From contig CAWJIM010000019.1 in assembly GCA_963842945.1 (NCBI GenBank), positions 128,001 to 192,000 of the forward strand: a DNA stretch of 64,000 nucleotides, written 5' to 3'. The position numbers were made by a program, and so were the translations under genes. Positions 1 through 12,624 of the stretch are shown here, piece by piece; within the stretch, counting starts at the first letter, position 1, and each line of letters begins with the position of its first letter. The notes beneath the pieces are model-generated. The model searched no databases. It had not been told where the DNA came from and saw nothing but the letters and a program-made list of their open reading frames with translations. The DNA comes from an uncultured Gemmatimonadales bacterium. Lineage in GTDB: Bacteria > Gemmatimonadota > Gemmatimonadetes > Gemmatimonadales > GWC2-71-9.

Positions 1-129
1 GAACACCGACGTGGGATCGGCAACGATGTGCTCGCCTACTCCGATTGAGTCCCCGGTCGGATCCCCACCGCAGGACCCAAGACCGGCGACCGCCGCGAGC
101 ACAATTAAACCGCACATCGAACGCTTCAT
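1..129 (-). CDS. Putative lipoprotein, N-terminal part (runs off window start)
   Basis: Read by hand: ATG at 129 with GAGGTG RBS, MKRSMCGLIVLAAVAGLGSC-GGDPTG...; basic N-terminus, hydrophobic stretch and lipobox-like LGSC. Not in ORF track. Confidence 0.7.
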   Translation of the reverse strand, partial: MKRSMCGLIVLAAVAGLGSCGGDPTGDSIGVGEHIVADPTSVF

Positions 130-195
130 ACTCGGCACCTCATCGAGTGAGACTGTTGGAGACTGCGTTGGTCAACTCTTCAGTGTGGATCAGGC

Positions 196-1623
196 TCAAA
201 ACCTGTTGGCCGATGTGAGATCGATACCCAGGAACTGTGCAATGTCGGTTACGGCCGGACCACCGAGAATGTCAGCCCATCCCGGGATGCCGGTCTCCTT
301 CAGATCGCTGGATCGGATCAGGGTAAAAGCCCCGAATCCCGACCGGTCGGCAAAGATGTAGTAATAGCCCTTGCCCTTGGCGTAGCTCCACACCTCATAC
401 GGTGGCGCCCGCCCCTTCTGCTGCTCCCGGAACACCTGGTCCGGCCGTCCGTACTTGGCGTAGATTCTCCCCCGGTCCGACCGCCACCCGGAGACCGGGT
501 TCCGGCCGCCTTCCCTGAACGCCTTATTGGCGTAGTCCACCGCGGCGTAGTAGGACTCTCGCCGCTCGTTCTTGTCGGTCCCGGGAGTGGGATCCCGCTT
601 CTTCCAGAAGTTGATCAGGAACCGGCGCTTGGCATCGAGGCTGAGCTTGTCACTCCAGGCGGAGAGCTCCCTCGGCTCGGCGATGTATTGCAGAGGGGCG
701 TCGGCCGCCTCGAGATCCTCCTCGGACATCTGGCCGAAGTAGCCCTCATCGCTGACCCGCTCCGCCTCGCGCCGGGAGGCATCCTTGGCCAGGGTTTCAC
801 TCAAGCCCGCCATGCTGAAGTCGGCCGACCGCTGAGTGGTGCGTCCGCCCAGGTTGAGGTCGGCAACCATGACGTAGTTTCCGGGAGGCAAGCCCGGTGA
901 GATCGAGCTGCCCCTTCAAAACGCTTCCTCCCGCCGTGACCTTCACCGGCGAGAGGCTGGGTCTTCATGATGGTTTTTCCCGCCGAATCCCTGATGGCCA
1001 CCCCCAGAGTGCCGTCGGCGTCCCGCTCGGCGTACGCCTCCAGCAGGTAGAACACCGTGGCACGCAAGGGCGTGAGCAGCACCCGGGCGGTTGCGGTGAC
1101 CAGGTTGTTGCCGGTCCGGAACTCTCCCGGCCGCGGCACCGTGTCGTTGGCGGTTGCCAGCCGCATTTCGGGAGCGATCAGCAGATCCGATGCAACGCTG
1201 GAATCGGACAATGCCTGCAGATCCGTGGCGCTGCTCAGCTTCCGGCCGGAAACCGAGTCTTCAACCGCCACCTCGAACCGGTATTTACCGGGCGCCACGG
1301 CAAAGTCCACGATCTCGACCGTGTACGCGTTCGAGTCTCCCACTACACTCGCGTGACTCTGCCAGGACTGCTGGTAGAGAGCCAGCCCGGTCGAGTCTGC
1401 CACCCGGACTGCCACGGTGTAGCTGGCCTGCCCGCCCTTCGGCGCCGGCTGAAGCGACGCCAGGGGGATCTGGACCAGACCCTTGACCCGGGTGCGGTCC
1501 TGATCCGCCCGATAGAAACGAACTGCCCGCAGCACCACCCCCGAGTCGCGCTGATCGGCGGCGAGACCCAGGGGAGCAGCCGGCACAGGCAACTGCAAGT
1601 ACCAATTTCGAAAAGCTACTCAT
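196..1623 (-). CDS. GWxTD domain-containing protein (frameshifted in assembly)
   Basis: C-terminal ORF 196-891 has FWKKRDPTP, GWRSDRGRIYAKYGRPD and YEVWSY, typical of the GWxTD family; N-terminal part in ORF 801-1598; signal-like start MSSFSKLVLAV at 1623. Confidence 0.8.
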
Positions 1624-1681
1624 TGAATACCTTCTGCAAACGGCGGGCGATGCGGAGATCCGCACCGCCCCTCACCCAATG

Positions 1682-2812
1682 CTACCAGCCAAGGCTGACG
1701 CTGAAGAAGTTGGTTCCCCCGAGCACGCCCAGGTACTTCCAGGCGTAATCGAGGCCCAGATTGAAGTTGCCGGTGCCGTAATTGAGCCCGCCACCGAACG
1801 CGAGACCCTGAAGGCTCTCCTCGTCGCTCAGCGCCGTGGTGTTGGGATCGATCGGGTCCAGATTATTGGCCGCGGTATAGCTGTAGCTGCCCCGCACCGC
1901 AAATCCGAAGTTGGACCCGCCCAGCCGCTCCGTCATCCACTCGCCCCCGGCCGAGAAGCCGGCGCCGTTGTTGTTGGGCTGGTTGAAGTCGGAGAGGAGG
2001 GTCAGCCGGTTGTTGTCTCCGGTGATCAGGTCGTACGCCAGGCCCACCCGGAAAATGGTCGGCAGGTTATACCCGGTCGTCCGGAATTCGGACTGGCTGG
2101 CCGTTGGACGGGACGTCCGGCTCGCCCGGAATGGGCTCCCGGGGGGCGTCCGTCTCCAGCGCCTCTCCACTATAGGTAGAGGTTGGTTCCCAGGTTGGCC
2201 ACCACGAAGGAGAAGCGAACCGGGTGGCCGCTCAGGGCCGAATGGAAGCTGGTGCCGAAGTCCACGGCAAACGCATTGCCGGAGGCGTTGCCGAGATTGT
2301 CGAAGATGCCCTTGGCCGTGACTCCGGCGGAAAACCGGTCGGAGAAGTTCTGGGCGAACGTCAAGCCGGCAAAGGTCTCGCTGACGGAATAGACCGAGCC
2401 GGTTCCCTCGGGCTGCTCGACCGTGTACACCTGCTGGTCTTTGAAGCCGAAGGTGCCGATCTGAATGCCGATGGCCCTGCGAGCCGCCGCTGAACGGGAA
2501 CGCCAACGCCGCCCCAGCTATACCGGGTTTCCGCGACATAGTCGTAGGTGCCGACCATGGCGCCCGCCCTGGGCATCAGCGCCATACCGGCCGGGATTGT
2601 AGTACAGCGCGCTCACGTCGGTCGCGATGGCGGAGAAGGCGCCGCCCGAGCGCCGTTCCCCGGGCCCCGGCTCCGAACAGCAGGAATTCGGCCGACGTGG
2701 TGCCGTATGCGGTGTTGTCCTGGTTGATGTCGTCCTGCGCCATGGCAGCCGCGGGAAGCCCGCTCAGCAGGGCTGCCATCAGGGCCAGGTGTCGTGCTGT
2801 GGTGTGACTCAT
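1682..2812 (-). CDS. PorV/PorQ-family outer-membrane beta-barrel (frameshifted)
   Basis: Signal peptide then GTTSAEFLLFGAGARGTALG (PorV-family N-terminal motif); AVDFG, LPTIFRVGLAY, LDYAW and terminal FSVSLGW across ORFs 2576-2812, 2361-2585, 2170-2430, 1682-2539. Confidence 0.8.
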
Positions 2813-2870
2813 ATGCTCCCCATCTCCTGGTGTGTGGGGGGCCGGCGAGCCGGCCCCCTCCCGTTGGCTG

Positions 2871-5800
2871 CTACTGAGCGAAGTTCACGACGGTGAACCG
2901 GCCGACCCGCCGGGCATCACCGGCTTCGATATGATAGAAGTACACCCCGCTGGCCACGACCTGGTTGTTCCGGTTGCGGACGTTCCAGTCTTCCGCCCCG
3001 CCGAACGTGTCGGAGTGGTGCTCCAGCAGGTCCACCAGCACGCCGCTGGAGGAGTAGATCCGGATGATGCAGTCAGCCGGCAGGTTCACGAACTTGATGA
3101 TCTTGGTGTCCGTGGTCTGCTCGAACTGGCTGGTGACGTAGTACGGGTCCGGCACCGTGTGGACCCGGGACAGATCGTCCGTTGGTGGCTGGCAGCGACC
3201 TGGTTGACCACGTTGAAGCTGAGGCGGTTCTCCGCGCCGACGGCCGTAAAGGGCCGCGTCGCCGGAGTGAAGGCGTAGGTGCCGTCGTCTGCCTGCATCG
3301 CCGTGTCCGCCGGTGATGGCCCCGGTGTAGCTCCGCATGGTCCACACCGTGCCTGCGGCGGGAACGCGCCCCCCGGTCGCAAGCTCGAAGATGAAGAAGT
3401 GCCCCGGCAGGTACATGATGAAGCCCGGGCTGGCCGCGCGGGCACGCTGGCGAACGCCGGTCGGCGATGATAGGCGATCGGGCCCGGCACCGCGGTTTGG
3501 CTCAGCGCGTACGGCTGCAGCCGCGTAGCACGGGATGAGGCCTGCACCGCGGCGGAGCGTCTTCAGCGGCTCCACGCAGCCCATGTCCGTCGGCGGTCAG
3601 CGTCGGCCGATGGCGTCCGCCGACCCGGTGCCGCTGCAGCCGCTGCGTTGAGAAGCCCCAGGTCCCGCCTACCGTCGGCGCCGAACGGCACCGGAACGTT
3701 ATGGGTGACGTCGATCACTGAATCGACCGGGCCGCCGCGCCCCAATACACATTGAAGTCCGCCGCTCGGGCCGCGCCGCCCAGGACACCTTCAATGTTAC
3801 GCCAGACATTGTCGATCGTCTGGTAGGACATGTCCTCGTGGATGGTGGCAACCCCGGTCAGCTCGCCCGCGTTGTTGAAGTTGGCTGCACCGGCCGGGCC
3901 CGCGCTGTTCGGTCTGGTTCCCGGCGTTGGGGTCGAGCCATGGTCTCGTTCTGTGCCGGCGACGGGCCATCGAACCAGCGGGCACCGTTGTAGTCGCAGC
4001 CGCGGCCTCGAGCGCAAATCCGTCTGCCTGCGTTGACGCAGCCGCGGCCGAAGGCGTTGGTGTAGTAGTTGCCCGGCAGCGTTTGAACCACTTCCGCGTT
4101 CAGGTTGAAGGCCGCCACTGCCGCCAAAGCGGTCGGCGAGCGTCGGGTCGACCGGCACCGCACTGAAGACGCCGTTGCCGGTGCCGTCGCCATCGAATCT
4201 GGTCTTGGGTGACCGCCAATGCGTGACGGGAACGTGGTCCCGTCCCCGCCGGTCGCGGTCATGAAGTACGTGTTGGGGAGTAACGTCGTACGCCGACCCC
4301 AGCGTCAGGCTGTCCAAGCGCACCGAAACCGCACCCGGAGCCGCGATGACCTGCCGGGCGAACTGGCCCGCAAAGTGGAGATCACCACCGTTGGCCGGCG
4401 GGAACGGGCCGCTGAACTTGCCGGTGGCCGGCATCGAGGGTAGGGACTCGACGTAAGCACGCTGTCCTGCGCGACCCCGCGTCCGACGAAGTTGTTGGTG
4501 AGCGTGGCCGTGATTCTCGAAGTTGCTGGCCTCGGGCTGACGGCGTGATCGACTTGGTATTCCGGGGTGACTCGATGTTCGACGGACCTGACTGAATCGA
4601 GTTCACGTCGAACGCGGTTACCGAGTAGAAGTACCGGATGTTGCTCCGGACTCCGTTGTCCAGGTAGGTGAACGGCACGCCGTTGTCCGAAAGCTCGGGT
4701 GTCGCTGCCCGACTCGGCGCCGGTCAAGGCGGTATCGGCCTTCAGAATGATGGCCTCCCCGGTGGCCAGCGTGGTGCGGCTCGCCGCCGCACGGCACCTG
4801 GATGATCGGCCCGACCAGCGGAATAGTCGTTGCTGACCGTCGGCGCCACGCCCGGGACCAGCGAGTCGAAGTCCACCGGGCAGCCGAACGTGGTATCGGG
4901 CAGGTGGGATCGGTCGTGTGATCGACGGCGGGGATGTTGATGCCCAGCTCCGGGCGCGCAGGTCCAGCTGACTCCGGCGTTGACCTGGCCGGTGAAGTCG
5001 GTGATGAAGGTTCCGCTGATAGTCGAACTGCGCGATCAAGGCGAGCTCGTTCGGCGAGTCCACCCGGCCGCGATAGACCCGGTATCCCTCGACGTCGAAC
5101 TGGCGGTAGTTCGGATCGTACAGCGGGTTCGGGCCGACGATGCCGGTGACCGGGTCGGTAATGGTCGGCTGGCTGGCCACCTGGAAGAACGGATCGCCCG
5201 TCGGTCTCGGTGGGCGAGGGCCGCCAGAGCACGGTGACCTGGTTGTCGCCCGGGATCAGGAAGAAGTCGGGCGACTCCGGGGCAAACGGCAGCAGGAAGC
5301 CGAAGTTGAACACCTGCTGCGCCACGAGCGCCTTACCGAGCAGCGAGCCCGGGACCGGCGTGGAAACTCACCCTGATCGGGCAGCCCGTTTGCCGTTCCC
5401 GCGCGGCGCGGCATCGAGTGATACCCGGTGAAGCCGGCCACCGAGTCGACCGGCATTGGCGTTGTCGGCCGTGGCCAGGCCGCTGAGCCGGGTCGGGATC
5501 GCCCGGCGCCAGGTCGCAGGTGCCGGGACCGGTGCAGCTCGCCGGTGATGACCGGGGCGGCAAAGATGTAGGCCACCGCGATCGTGCCGAACTGGCCCGG
5601 GGCCAGGGTCAGCGGGCCGGACGACTGGAAGAACCGCATGTCGTCGGGCGCGGTGTTGTTGACGAAGCAGATCTTGGTGGCTGCGGGTTGCCGGTGTTGC
5701 AGGGCGCGTCGCCGGCGGCCGGGTTGATGTTGTTGGAGATGTAGCGGAAGAGCTGGGTGGTGTTCTGCGGCGTCGTCGAAGGCGCCGCCGTTGATCGTGT

Positions 5801-6908
5801 TGCTGAACAGCGTGAGCCCCACTTCCGCGCCCGTTGACCACCGGGCTCTTCAGGTACTTGACGCCGACGAAGCCGGAGCCCGCGAAGAACGGCGGGCTGA
5901 AGATGGTGGGATCGAAGGTCCAGCCCGCGGCGCGGCGCAAAGTCATGGGCGTAGACGTAGCCCAGGGCGAACGGAACGTTTACCGAGGAGAAGTTGTTAC
6001 CGGCCTCGGCCACGTCCATGTCGGCCGAGAAGGCGGCGAACAGATTGTCGACGGTGTAGCCGCCGTCCGGGATCTGGATGCCGAAGGCCGCTTCGTTCCG
6101 CTCCTGGAACTCGTTGCCCTTGCGCGGCCAGGATGTTCGCCATGCCCGGCCGCACGCCCGCGCGGCGTAGACCGCGGGGTCGCTGGCGGTGACGTTATAG
6201 AAGGTATAGAGGAAGTACAGGATGTCCTGATTGCCCGCCGGGATAGTTCCAGCCCATGCCGCGCTGCTCGACCAGGATGCCGAGCGGGTGCGGCCGGCCG
6301 GCGCTGAGCGACGGGTTGCCGTCCCAGGAGAGCCACCAGACGTCGCCCTGCGAGGCCGCGGTCGCGGCCCCGGAGCAGCGGGAAGAACAGGTCCTGGTTG
6401 GCATCGCCCGACGGCACCTTGGCCGCCTTGCAGACGTCGTTGCAGGTCCCGGTGGTGTCGCTGATGAAGGCGTCGTCTTCCGGGTTGGTGGTGTTGTAGA
6501 TCGGCTGGACCTGCTCGCCGTGCTGGGTGGTGCCCTTGGGATCGAAGAAGAAGGCCCCGGTGGTGTCGCCGGCCCACTCCGGATTGGCATCGGCGCCGAT
6601 GATGCCCGCGATCTGCAGGCCGGAGTTGAACACGTACTGGTCCGCGGTTCCCTTGGGCCAGAATCCGCCGCCGATGGTCGACGAGTTGGTCGAATCGACG
6701 CAGACCTCGCCGGTGGTCGCGAGACCGCAGTAGATGCGGTTGATGGTGATGCGCTCCCAGCGACCGGGCGAACAGCCGGAACCCGCGGCGCTCCGGCGCC
6801 GGGCTTGGGCTTCCCGGCCGCGGTTGCGGCCGACGGCGTCGTAGCGACCACCGCCAGAGCGCAGAGGCCCACGAACAGCAGGTTGCTCTTACGCAAGAAG
6901 GAGTGCAT
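2871..6908 (-). CDS. Large secreted protein (~1300 aa) with T9SS-like C-terminal sorting domain (multiply frameshifted)
   Basis: Signal peptide MHSFLRKSNLLFVGLCALAVV; FN3-like segments (PGDNQVTVLW, EGYRVYR, YFYSVTAFD); C-terminus VHTVPDPY...IKFVNLPADCIIRIYSSSGVLV...WNVRNRNNQVVASGVYFYHIE resembles a T9SS CTD/FlgD-like domain. Confidence 0.7.
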
Positions 6909-6996
6909 TGCGTCCTCTCTCGGGTGAAAAAAATGGCGAGGCCGTCCCCGCCGGGCGACCCCAAAGTGGCTCCGCCCGGCAGGTCCAGCCTGCTGC

Positions 6997-9900
6997 CTAG
7001 AAGTTCACTTCAATACCCAGCCGCATCCGGCGTGGGTTGCTGGTGAAGTTGTGGAGACCCCGGACGGTGTAGTACAGCGCGTCCGACGCCCGGCGCTGTT
7101 CGGCCAGGTCGAAGACGTGATCTCCGTTGCCGAACCGCTCCTCGGTCCGGATGAGAGCAACGCAGTTCGGGGCTGCCGGGATCGCCGGCCTGGTTGACCC
7201 AGCCGCCGCAGCCGGCCCGAGGATCGGCGGCTCCGCCGAAGCTCAGATCGATGGAACCATCCCCGAGCAGGGCGCCCGACTCGTCGGCCTCGTTGGCGTA
7301 GTCGGCGCTATCGGCCGCGAAGTTGGCCTGCTCCTCCGCTGAGTTGTTGACATCATTGGTCGTGGTGAAGACCTGGATGATGTTGGTCCAGTTCAAGACG
7401 TTCCTGGCCTCGAGGTAGCCGGTCAGGTCCAGCCCGCCGAGGCCAAAGCCCTTGGTGAGCCGAAGGTCGAGATTCTTGAACGACGGCAGCCGCGAGCTGT
7501 TGAGCGGATCGGGGAAGCGGTTGTCGCAGTTGTCGCCGGAAACGACGTCCTCGTCACCGACGCCCGGCCTCGCAGCGGGTGTACGGCGTGCCGCTGGTGT
7601 ACCGGAAGGTGGCGAACAGGCCCACGTTCTCCAGCACGGTCCCGACGATCGATCCCTGTTGCCAATCGTTCGGGAAGTTGAGCGCCGCGGCCAGGGCCAG
7701 GTTGTGCGGCCGGCTGAAGTCGGTCGGCAGAATGGCCTGCGGCGGAGGCTGGTTCCCGCCGGAGACCTGGTTGAGCACCCGGGAGCCGAAGTCCAGGTAG
7801 GTGTCCGGGTCGGAGCCCGTGTTCTTGGCCTGCTGGAAGGTGTAGGCCAGGGTGCCGTTGAACAGGTTGCCGAACCGGCGGTCGAGCCGGAGGTCAATGC
7901 CGCGGGTGTTGCCGAAGTCGGCGTTGGTCATGATCCGGATGTTCTGGTTGTTGCCCCGAAGCGGATCGAACCGGGACACCAGACGTCCGGCGGCGTTGGA
8001 CAGGTTGTCCTTGTTATACGCGGCCACGTCCAGCACCATGTCGTCGCTGAAGGCGTGCCGGATGCCGAACTCGAAGGTGATGGTCCGGCCGAAGTCGAGG
8101 TCGGACCCGTAGAAGTTGTTGGTGTTGGTGGTGGCGAGGTCGGTGTTGATGCCCTGCAGAATCACGCCGAAGTCCGGCGCCTGCACCTGGTGGGCGTAGG
8201 ACAGCCGGAAGTTGGTCCGCTCGGTCACCGGGAAGGAGACCTGGATGTGCGGGCTCAGGTAATTGTGGCTCTGGTCCTTGGGGAAGAGCGAGTCGTTGGT
8301 GAAGAACGCGTCCGGATTGTTGGGATCGAACAGCGGATTGGTCGAGATCCGGGGGAAGTTGTTCCAGTCGGCGCGCCCGGGTGTCGTAGAAGTCGTACCG
8401 AAGGCCGCCGACCACAACGACATCGCCCAGGTCGAGCCGGTCTTCCGCAAACAGGTTGTAGCGGATCGGCTGCTCCATGATAGAAGTCGGAGAAGGCCTG
8501 ACTCTCCAGCTGGAAGGAGTAGCTGTCGATGTCGTAGTGGGTAAACTCGCCGCCCAGCTTCAACCGGTTGTAGCGGTCGAACTGCCAGTCCAGGTTGGCC
8601 TTGCCGATCAGCCGGTTTTCCCGGTACATCATTGACGATTGGTGAACCGCTCGCTGCCGGCCGGGCCACCCGACTCGGGGAACAGCACCGAGGCGAACTC
8701 ATCGCGGTTGTAGAGGCCATAGGCGTTGTTCCGCTACTCGTCGACGATGGCGTACTGGGCGGTGTTCTCGAGGTCGAGCGGCGAGCGCCGGGTGCCGGGC
8801 GCGTTGGTCCGGAAATTGTGCAGCAGCTGATCGTCGAGCGGGAAGTTGTCGAAGTCGAACAGGAAGTCGATCGGCCCGATCAGGAACCCGCCGAACGGAT
8901 CGCGGCTGCCCAGCTCGCCCTCGCGGGTCATCGGACCGCCGAGGGTGCGGTCCTGCTGGTACGACAGGTAGGTCTCCAGCGCCAGCGCCCGCTCGGTCGA
9001 GCGGGACAGGTTCTGGGTCCAGTTCAGGGTGAAGACGTTGCTGTAGTTCCGGAAGGCCGGGAGGTTCCCCGGGTTGTACAGCGATCCATAGGTCAGGAAC
9101 CGGCCGGGCGACGTCCAGATTTTCCCGGAAGGTGCGGCCCTGGAACTGGCTGGTGAGAGCGGTGAAGGCCAGCCGTGATCCGGTGCCGAAGGAGTAGTTC
9201 AGCTTGCCGCTGAGCTGATAGGTCGAGCGAGCCGAGGACGGGACCCGGATGCCCTGGCAGTCGACGCCGTAGTTGCTGGCGATGTCGGGGTTGGTGCTGC
9301 TCTCGAAATCGCTGCACTCGCCCCGGCGATACCGCATAGTTGTAGACGGCGACCATCGTGGTGTCGGCCGTCGGGTCGCCCAGCGCGGTGGGGACGGCCA
9401 CCGTGGTGTCGATGCCCGCCTGCACGAACAGCGGGAAGTTCTGGCTGTCCTTGCCACTCTCCACCGTGCTCTGCCCTTCCAGCGCGGCGGACACGAAGAA
9501 GGTCAGGTTCCGCATGATCGGACCGCCGAGGCTGCCGGTGAACCGGTTGAAACCGAGGCTGTGGTTGACGCCGAACGGCTCGTCGGTCTCATAGCCCAGC
9601 GTGCCGGTAAACTTGCTGCCGCCGGTCCGGGTCTGGATCGAGATGACGCCGGACTGGGCGTTGCCGAACTCGGCCGAGGACGAGCCCGTGGTTACCGAGG
9701 CCTCTTCCAGCGAGTTGGTGCCGACGTTGATCTCGGTTCCGGCGGAGCTCACCCGGCCGCCACCCCGGTAACCCGGCGTGACCGGCACGCCGTCGACGTA
9801 GGTCACGTGTTCCTCGGTCCGGCCGCCGCGGATCGAGAGCGTGTTGCCGTTGGGGCGTCGCGGCCACGACGCCGGGCTGCAGCTGCAGCACGCCGTTCAG

Positions 9901-10371
9901 CCGGTCGACCGGGAGATTGTTGGTGAACTCGCCGTCGATCCGCTGCTTCGAGGTGACCTCGTCGCGCGGCACCAGCGGCTGAGTCTGCTGGACCACGGTG
10001 ATCTCCTGGATCTGGACCGCGGTCTGCTCCAGCTGGATGTCGACCGTGATGGTCTGGCCGGCGAGCACCTTCACGCCGTCCACCTGGGTCGACTTGTACC
10101 CGATGAAAGCGGCCCGAACACTGTAGGTCCCGGCCGGCACGTTGTTGATGAAGTAGTACCCCTGCGGATTGGTAAGCGCGTTAAACGCGCTCCCTACGAT
10201 AAAGACTTGCGCGTTGGCGATGGGTGCGCCCGCTTGGTCGCGGACCCTGCCTTCGATCTTACCAGTCGACCCCTGGGCCAGAAGCGATCCCGCTCCGAAC
10301 CCCAGTACGACTGCCGCGAGCGCGAAGTATCGCGCTGCGCGTGCGAAGGCGCTGACACAGCTTTGCTTCAT
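6997..10371 (-). CDS. TonB-dependent receptor with N-terminal carboxypeptidase-regulatory-like domain (frameshifted)
   Basis: GKIEGRVRD...GYYFINNVPAGTYSVRAAFIGY; plug motifs LQLQPGVV, YVDGVPV, SAEFGNAQSGVI; barrel SPHIQVSFPV; C-terminus PRRMRLGIEVNF with stop at 6997. Confidence 0.88.
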
Positions 10372-10584
10372 GGATACGTCCTCCAAAGGCGTGGACCTGC
10401 CAGTACCGCCATGACTTCCTGAGAAGGCGCGCACACGCCTTCCCGCTGGCCCGAGGGCCTACTCCGGAAATGAGACTGCGTGGGATGACTACCTGCATGT
10501 GTGATGGGGACGGCGTAATACCAAAAGGGACTGCGTGAAACTCGAAAAGCGCGAGCGCGACCGCGGCCCGGTCGGCAGGTGCCT

Positions 10585-10613
10585 AATATGACGTGCACAA
10601 AATTGCATGTCAA
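10585..10613 (-). promoter_or_regulatory. Sigma-70-type promoter for the TBDR operon with overlapping inverted repeat
   Basis: Minus strand TTGACA-17 nt-CATATT; TGACGTGCA-N6-TGCATGTCA inverted repeat at 10589-10612. Confidence 0.55.
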
Positions 10614-10782
10614 GGAAAAGTCACGGGGCCATGGCCGGCGGCGGCCCGAAGACGTAACTGTCTGAAACCCACAAAGTTGCCCGATGAAACACGGCCGGCT
10701 TCAGGCTCCATTTGTTCGGAATGGAACCGGAATCGGCCGGCGTGAAATTTTGGCGGGAGAGTTGGACGGCCGCCCGCGGTCG

Positions 10783-11983
10783 TCATTCGGGAGTGTAGCG
10801 GAGTGACGTTACCGAGTGCTCAGCCGGAACTATCACCTCCACCTGCGGTTCCCGCGGCGTCACTTCTGGCCCCGAGGGACCCATGAACACATTCACCTCG
10901 CTCCGTATGCCGAACTCACCCTGGAGATAGATCCCCGGCTCCACCGAGAACCCGACCCCGGGCAGCAGCATCCGGTCGTCGTGGGTCTCGTAGTCATCCA
11001 GGTGGGGGCCGGAGCCGTGCAGGTCCCGGTCGATCGAGTGGCCGGTCCGGTGGACAAATGCATCGCCATAGCCGGCCGCTCATTACCACGGCGCGAGCCG
11101 CCTGGTCCGCCTCGTACCCGGCGATGCTCCGGTGCTCCGCCGCGGCCTCGCCGAATGACGTCGATCGCCGCGTCACGCGCGCGCCGCACCGTCCGCCACA
11201 CCTCAGCGACCTTGGCCGGCAGCCGGCTCCCGGCAAACCCGATCCAGGTCTGGTCGGCAAAGACGGTGTCGAGGCTGCGGCCGGCCCAGAGATCCAGCAG
11301 AACCAGGTCGCCCGGCCGAAGCACCGCGTCCTTGCCCGGGTGCGGCTCGTAGTGCGGCTTGGCCGAGTTGGGTCCGAACCCGACAATCGGCGGCTCATTC
11401 AACACCAGCCCGCGGCGCTTCCAGCGCGGCGATCACCCGGGCCTGCAAGGCCGTTTCGGTGAGCGCACCGGTCTCCCGGATGGCCTGCTGCAAACGTGCT
11501 CCGGGCCACGTCGGCCAGAATCTCCGCCGCAAAATGATGGTCCGCGAGCTCCTGCGGGCTCCATCGCGCCGCGAAGCGGGAGACCAGGTCGCCCGAAGGA
11601 AGGATCTTTGCCCCCATGCTCTGGAGCAGTTGCACCACCCCATGAGGCACCCGGTCGAGATAGGGCACGGCGTCCCGGGGAGAGATCTCCATGCCGAGGG
11701 TCTTGCCCGCGACCGCGTGACCCAGCGCCTCATTCAGCTCGCTCCAGCGGGCGTACGGCACCACGCGGCCGGGAAAATTCTCCAGACCCTGCAGCTCGAT
11801 CTTGTGGGCGATGACAACGGGCTCACCCTGCCGGGGAAACAGCGCGAACAGCCTGCGGGTGTTCAGTCCGGTGAGCCCCAGCACCCGGGTCGCCACTGGA
11901 TTGAGACCCTTGAAGGCGAACAGGAGCCAACCGTCCAGGTCTGCCTCACGGAGGGCCTGCCGCAGCTCGACGAGGTCGATCAT
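10783..11983 (-). CDS. M24-family (Xaa-Pro) metallopeptidase (frameshifted)
   Basis: LDGWLLF, PIVGFGPNSAKPHY, VLLDLWA, ADQTW, FSVEPGIYLQGEFGIRSE motifs across ORFs 11399-12013, 10893-11405, 10783-10971. Confidence 0.88.
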
Positions 11984-12607
11984 TCGTACGCCTCCGCCAC
12001 CGCCGTCCGCCACACGCAGGCTTCCTCACCCCGGGACCGGCAGTGCTCGTGGATCAGCGCTCCCTCGAATCCGGTGAGCGCCCGGAGCAGCTCCTGATAG
12101 ACCGCCCCATAGAAGACGCAGGCCTCGCCGGTGGGCAGCGCTTCGATGGAAAGCGGCGCCGGCATGCTGACCTCGACATCATTAGGACGAGGTCGCAGCT
12201 CCCCGCCGAAGATGCGACGCGAGAGGCGCGCCGCGCTCCTGAGCGCCAAGCCGCCGGGCCATACCGCCCGGCGACACCCTCGCCAGTGTTCGGGAGGAGC
12301 GCGCCCGGTTGCGCGCGGCATAGCGGGCGGCCCGCCGCCCGGCATCCGCGAATACCAGAGCCGCATCGCTCCGGCGTCCTATCAGACGGAGAACGGAGAT
12401 CGTCTCCTCCAGCTCCACCGACCCGCCCTTGTCGGCCGCATGGCGGTACCGCTGGATTTGCGCGGCGACGGTAGGGCTGAGCCCGAGTCGCCGCACAACG
12501 ATCTCTTCGGCCAGCTCTTCGAGCCCATCCTCGACCGGAGTATCGAGGTTGCGGATCGCCTCGAGCAGGCTGAGGGGGATGAGCGCGGGAACAGAGGGCT
12601 TGGGCAC
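11980..12607 (-). CDS. Hypothetical protein with V4R-like C-terminal domain (frameshifted)
   Basis: ORFs 12182-12607 and 11980-12366 join; C-terminus ACVFYGAVYQELL...HEHCRSRGEEACVW has the V4R cysteine pattern. Confidence 0.55.
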
Positions 12608-12624
12608 GGTCGGCGGGATAATAC

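Noticed and set aside
2836..2858. GC hairpin between the CTD gene and the PorV gene as a terminator
   Set aside because: No U tract on the coding strand; more likely an intercistronic stability hairpin.
10372..10580. Possible cobalamin or other riboswitch before the TonB receptor
   Set aside because: No B12-box or other recognisable aptamer consensus found by eye.
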